Shown here one piece after another: positions 58,705 through 64,000 of a stretch of 64,000 nt of DNA. The stretch comes from an uncultured delta proteobacterium. GTDB taxonomy: Bacteria; Desulfobacterota; Binatia; UBA9968. Both the position numbers and the translations under genes were made by a program. Each line of letters starts with the position of its first letter. Position 1 is the stretch's first letter. The stretch is from the NCBI GenBank assembly GCA_963840855.1, contig CAWJBB010000040.1, positions 345,394 to 409,393 on the forward strand, in the 5' to 3' direction. The notes beneath the pieces are model-generated. The model did not search any database and was not told the origin of the DNA. It saw nothing but the letters and a program-made list of their open reading frames with translations.

Positions 58705-61368
58705 ATGAAAATTTCTCGAAGGCGCGTCGTAGTCGCGCTCGCGTTGCTGGTCGTCGCGGGTGCCGCGGTTTTGTTTTTCCTCAGCGTTGTGACCCACAAG
58801 CGACGCGGGGAAGTGCAGCAGGAGCTGCAAAGGCTGCTCGGCGACGATGCCAGCTTCGAAGCGGTGGAGGCGAGTCTGTGGGGCGGCATCGGCTTCACGG
58901 CGAAGGATTTTCGCATCGCCGACAACGCGGCGTTCGCCGCCACTCCCCTCGTTCAAACACGAGAACTACGACTGGGCGTGAGCTTATGGCACCTGTGCCT
59001 CGGCCGCCTCGTGATCAATGCGCTCACTTTTACCCAACCCGAATTTCAGATCATCACCAACGAAGACGGGCTCTTGAACGTCACTGCGTTGGCGAGTCGT
59101 AAGAAAGAACTGGCAGCGTTTCCCAGGCTGCGCACGGGTTCAACGGAAAGAAGAAGCTCTTCGGTTAGTTTTCTAATTACGCGGCTCAAAGTGGTAGACG
59201 GCCGCATTGATTTTATCGACCGCTCAATCAGGGCGCCGGCGGCATTGCAAATCAAGAAAATCGATCTGGACATAGGGGGACTGGATCTTGCGGCGCGGGC
59301 AAAAATCAAACTGGCAGCGTCCCTTACCGAGGGATTGAGCCGCGACCTGCACATTGAAGGCGAGATGGGGCGTTCCGCGCTGGGGCGAAACTGGTCGCAG
59401 CAACCGGTCAATCTGAAAATGCAATTTGACTCTTTGTATCTACCGACGCTCGCCCGCGCCATCCCTTTTCTGCGCGACCGTATTCCTCGGGAGCTCGATA
59501 TCACCGGCCCCATGTATCTCCAAGCAAATCTTTCAGGCACGTTGCAACAACCTCGTATTACCGACATCACGCTGAAAGTCCCCGTTTTGGGTTCTTCCGA
59601 TTACAACGCCGTTCTCGAAGGCAAGGCCGAATTCACCCAAAATCGCGACTGGGCGGACGCAGCCATCGCTGGGAAACTGACCTTGACTGCCATCAGTTTG
59701 TCACAGTTCCAAAGCTTGCCGCCGCTCCGGCAATCGCTGCCCGCAGATTTCGCCACTGACGGGTCGGTGAACGTTTATAGCCGCTTTGAAGGAACCTGGA
59801 ACCAGCTACGCGTGGGCACCCTGATCGAAGCAGAAAAGAGCGAGTTTCGTCTCCCCGGTTGGTTTCATAAACCGGCCGGCAAACCTGCGGAGTTGCGCGC
59901 GCAGATTTCGCGACACGAGGGCGGCTTCGCGCTCCATCCCTCCGAGATCATTCTGGGGGACGCGAAAATGCTTGTTTCCGGCGCGCTGACGCAAGGTCGA
60001 GCGCCACGGCTATCGATAAAGCTTAGCGCCGGCCAAAGCTCGCTCAAATCTTTGGGGCCGCTCCTGGCATCGCCAACCTTCGACGGGTTCGCCGGCAACG
60101 TTGACTACAACTTACTGCTCGAAAAGAATATGGGGTCGCCAGTCAACGGTTGGGCGGCTCGCGGCACCTTGAATCTGGTCCAGGTCGCTTTGCGCCACAA
60201 AGCGAGCGGTAGAACAGTCGATCATCTCAATGGATTGGTGTCGTTCTACGGGAACCACGCGCGCGCGCAAAATCTTTCCTTTCGTCTCGGCTCGTCGGCG
60301 CTGACCGCTGCCCTTGAGATCGCCGACCTGAATCGGCTCAGCGGACGGTACACGCTGCGCTCGCCTAACCTGAATTTGACGGACATCCCTCTCCCCGCCG
60401 GGGCCGGCGCGGGGAGCCTCAAAAATGTCGTTGCCAGCGGAGAGATGATTTTCGAGGATAACTTACAGCGTCTCCAGGGAACTCTTTCCTCCTCGGACGG
60501 TACGTTCCGGAATATCCCGTATCGAAATCTGCGAACGGACATAATGTGGTCGCCCGCGGAAGTCAGCTTCAAAGAACTTCGCGTTGGCGCTTTTAGCGGG
60601 GAATTGCGCGGCGGCGGCGCTTGGAATTTCGGCGCCGGAAAAGCGCCCAGCTTTCGGCTTGCGCCGCGCCTGGACGCCCTGAGCTTGAATGAAGTATTGA
60701 AGCAATTGGCGCCGAACTTAAAAGACCGATTCAATGGACAACTCGACTTTCGCGGCGAATTTGACGGCCGCGCGCCGGCCGGCGAGACACTCCGGCCAAC
60801 ACTCAAAGGATCAGGAGCAGCGGTGATACGCAGCGGCACGATTAAAGACTTCAACTTGATCGCGCGGCTTTTCTATCGCAGTAGCGGCGGCCAGGGCCAG
60901 ATCGGCAAAACGGCTGAGCGCATTTCGGAAAACCTCGCCGCCGTCGTCAAGCGGGAAGATACGCCGGTGCAAGATTTGAGAGCGACGCTGACCGTCGAGG
61001 CGCAACGCATCCGCACTGACGACCTCTTGTTAACCACCCCCGAATATGAGATTAGCGGCGCCGGCTGGATCGGCATCGACGGCGCGACGCAATGGAACGG
61101 GCTCCTCGTCTTTTCGCCGAGCATCACCCGGGAGCTGCGCCGCGAATACGGTGCGATCCGCTACTTTCTCGACCGCAAGGGCCGCCTCGCGGTCTCCTTC
61201 CGGCTCGACGGCAAGCTGCCCAATATTAAAATCCGCCCGGAAAATCGCGCTCTGGCCCAGGCCTTCCGCTGGGGCACCTGGCAACGCGGCGACGACGTTA
61301 CGGGGCGGGACGGACGCAGCGGAAAAAATTGGCTGCGCGATTCCCTCGACCGGTTACTAAACCGCTGA
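58705..61368 (+). CDS. AsmA family protein
   Basis: N-terminal anchor helix, beta-rich 887 aa, AsmA-like N- and C-terminal patterns. Confidence 0.78.
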   Translation: MKISRRRVVVALALLVVAGAAVLFFLSVVTHKRRGEVQQELQRLLGDDASFEAVEASLWGGIGFTAKDFRIADNAAFAATPLVQTRELRLGVSLWHLCLGRLVINALTFTQPEFQIITNEDGLLNVTALASRKKELAAFPRLRTGSTERRSSSVSFLITRLKVVDGRIDFIDRSIRAPAALQIKKIDLDIGGLDLAARAKIKLAASLTEGLSRDLHIEGEMGRSALGRNWSQQPVNLKMQFDSLYLPTLARAIPFLRDRIPRELDITGPMYLQANLSGTLQQPRITDITLKVPVLGSSDYNAVLEGKAEFTQNRDWADAAIAGKLTLTAISLSQFQSLPPLRQSLPADFATDGSVNVYSRFEGTWNQLRVGTLIEAEKSEFRLPGWFHKPAGKPAELRAQISRHEGGFALHPSEIILGDAKMLVSGALTQGRAPRLSIKLSAGQSSLKSLGPLLASPTFDGFAGNVDYNLLLEKNMGSPVNGWAARGTLNLVQVALRHKASGRTVDHLNGLVSFYGNHARAQNLSFRLGSSALTAALEIADLNRLSGRYTLRSPNLNLTDIPLPAGAGAGSLKNVVASGEMIFEDNLQRLQGTLSSSDGTFRNIPYRNLRTDIMWSPAEVSFKELRVGAFSGELRGGGAWNFGAGKAPSFRLAPRLDALSLNEVLKQLAPNLKDRFNGQLDFRGEFDGRAPAGETLRPTLKGSGAAVIRSGTIKDFNLIARLFYRSSGGQGQIGKTAERISENLAAVVKREDTPVQDLRATLTVEAQRIRTDDLLLTTPEYEISGAGWIGIDGATQWNGLLVFSPSITRELRREYGAIRYFLDRKGRLAVSFRLDGKLPNIKIRPENRALAQAFRWGTWQRGDDVTGRDGRSGKNWLRDSLDRLLNR

Positions 61369-61376
61369 CATCCCCC

Positions 61377-61706
61377 ATGACCGATCTACAGCTCTTCTAT
61401 CTGGCCACGCCGCCCGAGCATATCGCGTACGTCAAGTTCGTTTTCGAGTCCTACGAGGAAGTCGGCATCATTCGCACCGTCGACCGCAAGAGCGCGGTGA
61501 TCGTGCTCTTGGCAATGCGTGACTTCGCCGATACGGCCCGCGCGATTCTGGAATCCCTCAAAAAAGACATTCCTCTACAAGAGATCCCGCCGCCGGCCGA
61601 CATGGCCGATGACTGGTTCATGACGGAGCTAAAAAACGAACCCAACAATGCCGATTATTTTGCAACGAGAACAATTGACGACGCAGGCAACAAAGGTAAA
61701 TCGTGA
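61377..61706 (+). CDS. DUF4911-like small protein
   Basis: IAYVKFVFESYE.VG..RT.D motif. Confidence 0.7.
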   Translation: MTDLQLFYLATPPEHIAYVKFVFESYEEVGIIRTVDRKSAVIVLLAMRDFADTARAILESLKKDIPLQEIPPPADMADDWFMTELKNEPNNADYFATRTIDDAGNKGKS

Positions 61707-61714
61707 TCCATCAC

Positions 61715-61808
61715 GTTCAAGGTTCAACGTTCAAAGTTCAAGGTTTCGACTCTAAATCCGCGTTTTAAACTCCGAGTCCTTGAACCTTGAACCCGGAACT
61801 TTGAACTG
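61715..61808. repeat. 7-nt-period inverted repeat (GTTCAAN/TTGAAC)
   Basis: gttcaag-gttcaac-gttcaaa-gttcaag ... ttgaacc-ttgaacc-cggaact-ttgaact. Confidence 0.7.
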
Positions 61809-61851
61809 AAATCCTTTTGCAAACTCCCGCGAAGCGATTCATGCTCAAACG

Positions 61852-64000
61852 ATGGACGCAGACGGACAACCGCAAGATGACAACGCGCGCCGCAAGATTC
61901 TAAATCTCTTAGCCAACAAGCCTCGGTTGCGTTTGACGCCCGCGGAGATCCACAGACGCGGCGGCTTTCCGCCGAACGAACTTCAGAGCGTTATCGATGC
62001 CCTGCGAAACCTGTGTCGCGAAGGCCGGCTGGTACGATTGAAAAAAAACCACTACGGCCTCCCTGATAGCCAAAACCTGGTAATTGGAAGAATCCATGCC
62101 CATCCAGACGGTTATGGTTTTCTCATCCCGGATGACAAAAACGCCGAAGACATTTATATCAACCGCCGAGAGATGCGCCGCGTGATGCACGGCGACCGGG
62201 TGATGGTGCGCGTGGACCGCAAACAACGGGGCGCAACCGAAGCTCACATTGCGCAGATCGTCGAGCGCGGGCAAAAACGGCTGATCGGTACTTATGATGA
62301 ATTCGCCGGCAAGAGCTATCTGATTCCGATGGACCCGAGGGTAGCCAGCGCCATCTTGCTAAGGGCAAGCGGAGCCAAAGCCGAAAAGGGCCAGGTCATC
62401 GCGGCGGAGATTTCCAAGTACGGCACCGCGCTGTCGCCGCCGGAGGGAGAGCTGCTGCAAGTCATAGGTAGCCCGGACGACCCCGAAGTGCAAGCTCAGT
62501 CGGTGATCTTTCGCTACGGCCTGACGACGAAGTTTCCCGAAGCCGTGCACCGGGAAATCGCCGCAAGCTCGTTTGCTATTGGCGCCGAAGAAGTGGCGCG
62601 CCGCGCCGACCTGCGCGACCTGCCCATCGTCACCATCGACGGCGAGACAGCGCGCGACTTCGACGACGCGGTTTTCGCGCGCCGGCAAGACGATTATTAC
62701 GAGCTGTTCGTTTCCATCGCCGATGTCGCCCATTACGTCAGGGCGGGCACGGCGCTGGATGAAGAAGCCTATGCTCGCGGCACCAGCGTTTACTTTCCGG
62801 ATCGGGCAATCCCCATGCTTCCCGAAGCGCTCTCCAACGGCATCTGCAGCCTGAATCCCGATGAAGACCGGTTGGCCAAGACCGCCTGCATGAAGATCAA
62901 TTTTCAAGGCGAAGTGATTGTCAGCCGCTTTTTTGACTCCGTAATCCGCAGCCACGCGCGCGTGACTTACACTGAAGTGCGCAAGGTTCTCGTCGATAAG
63001 GATGGCGAATGCGGGGCGCGCTACAGCGATCTGGTGGAGCAGTTCAAGATGATGGAAGAGGTAGCGCTGCTGCTTTATGAACAGCGGCGGAAGAGGGGCA
63101 ATCTCGATTTCGATTTGCCCGAAGCGGAGATCCTGCTCGATCTTCAAGGCATGCCGGAGAATATCGTGCTTGCCGAGCGCAACATCGCGCACCGCATTAT
63201 TGAAGAATTCATGATCGCCGCCAACGAAGCCGTTGCGCTCCGCTTGAGAGACAACGATCTTCCCCTGCTTTACCGCGTGCACGAGGGACCCGACGAAGAG
63301 GCTTTGGAAGCCATCGCGCCGTTTCTTCTCACCCTGGGTTACCGCTTGCCGGTGAAGAAAGAAAAAATCGCACCGCGGGATATTCAAAGATTATTGGAAT
63401 CCGCGCGCGGCAAACCCGAAGAGCGTTTACTCAACCGCGTGCTGCTGCGCTCCATGAAACAGGCGATTTACCAACCGGAGAACATCGGTCACTTCGGCTT
63501 GGCTTCGACATGCTACACCCATTTCACCTCGCCGATTCGGCGCTATCCCGACCTGATCGTGCACCGGATGTTGGACAAAGCGCTGCAGGGAGAGAAACTC
63601 AAACCCAATCAACGCGAAGACCTGCTCCGTTATTTGCAGGAAGCGGGCAAACAAACGTCCGAGCGGGAGCGCCACGCCATGGACGCCGAGCGTGAAATGG
63701 TCGATCTCAAGAAAGCCCAGTTCATGATGAACAAGATCGGAGAAGAGTTCACCGGCTTCATCAACAGCCTGGCTAATTTCGGCTTCTTCGTCGAACTGGA
63801 CGACTACTTTATCGAAGGACTGGTGAAACTCTCCTCGCTCACCGACGACGAGTACGATTATTTCGAAAAGGAATACGTCATCAAAGGCCGCCGCCACGGG
63901 AAAAAATTCCGCCTGGGCGATAATGTCAGGGTAAGGGTCGCCCGGATCAACGCATTTCGGGCCGAGATTGATTTGGAATACGTTCAGACGAGCGAGGGCC
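61852..64000 (+). CDS. rnr: Ribonuclease R, 3'-truncated by the window edge (missing from ORF track)
   Basis: Hand translation: HPDGYGF, TIDGETARDFDDA, IEEFMI.ANE, HFTSPIRRYPDL, S1 domain. Confidence 0.95.
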   Translation, partial: MDADGQPQDDNARRKILNLLANKPRLRLTPAEIHRRGGFPPNELQSVIDALRNLCREGRLVRLKKNHYGLPDSQNLVIGRIHAHPDGYGFLIPDDKNAEDIYINRREMRRVMHGDRVMVRVDRKQRGATEAHIAQIVERGQKRLIGTYDEFAGKSYLIPMDPRVASAILLRASGAKAEKGQVIAAEISKYGTALSPPEGELLQVIGSPDDPEVQAQSVIFRYGLTTKFPEAVHREIAASSFAIGAEEVARRADLRDLPIVTIDGETARDFDDAVFARRQDDYYELFVSIADVAHYVRAGTALDEEAYARGTSVYFPDRAIPMLPEALSNGICSLNPDEDRLAKTACMKINFQGEVIVSRFFDSVIRSHARVTYTEVRKVLVDKDGECGARYSDLVEQFKMMEEVALLLYEQRRKRGNLDFDLPEAEILLDLQGMPENIVLAERNIAHRIIEEFMIAANEAVALRLRDNDLPLLYRVHEGPDEEALEAIAPFLLTLGYRLPVKKEKIAPRDIQRLLESARGKPEERLLNRVLLRSMKQAIYQPENIGHFGLASTCYTHFTSPIRRYPDLIVHRMLDKALQGEKLKPNQREDLLRYLQEAGKQTSERERHAMDAEREMVDLKKAQFMMNKIGEEFTGFINSLANFGFFVELDDYFIEGLVKLSSLTDDEYDYFEKEYVIKGRRHGKKFRLGDNVRVRVARINAFRAEIDLEYVQTSEG

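Noticed and set aside
62359-63897. Long minus-strand ORFs (342 and 156 aa) and similar antisense ORFs throughout
   Set aside because: Shadow frames of real genes (here rnr) typical of GC-rich DNA

Overview
GC-rich bacterial chromosome segment. Its gene repertoire (paralogous Amidohydro_2, COG2984/NMT1/TctC binding proteins, REP-rich intergenic gaps) suggests a Binatia/deltaproteobacteria-like genome; this is inference only. About 6.4-23 kb is an accessory island containing: a TIGR03032-TPR-glycosyltransferase fusion upstream of a large secreted CSLREA/choice-of-anchor-Q/FG-GAP protein with a ~90-aa extended leader; a Phd-VapC module; a decayed nucleotidyltransferase pair; a secreted beta-helix protein; IS3 and IS30 elements; and an SBP-SBP-kinase-sigma54 activator signalling set. 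A duplicated sigma54 promoter + IHF-like site + tandem palindrome module ties these together and looks like a self-contained regulon. The rest holds recQ, a Tat-less molybdoenzyme with a 4Fe4S-NrfD fusion, an amidohydrolase/TPP/diiron catabolic cluster, mutY-mtgA, an exported UxxC selenoprotein (in-frame TGA, split in the ORF track) directly upstream of msrPQ, an ATP-dependent ligase, a paaFGHJ-like operon, asmA and a partial rnr (absent from the ORF track). Many genes between about 7 and 30 kb carry single-base frameshifts, probably long-read indel errors. No rRNA, tRNA or CRISPR array was recognised. All calls are by eye, without database searches.
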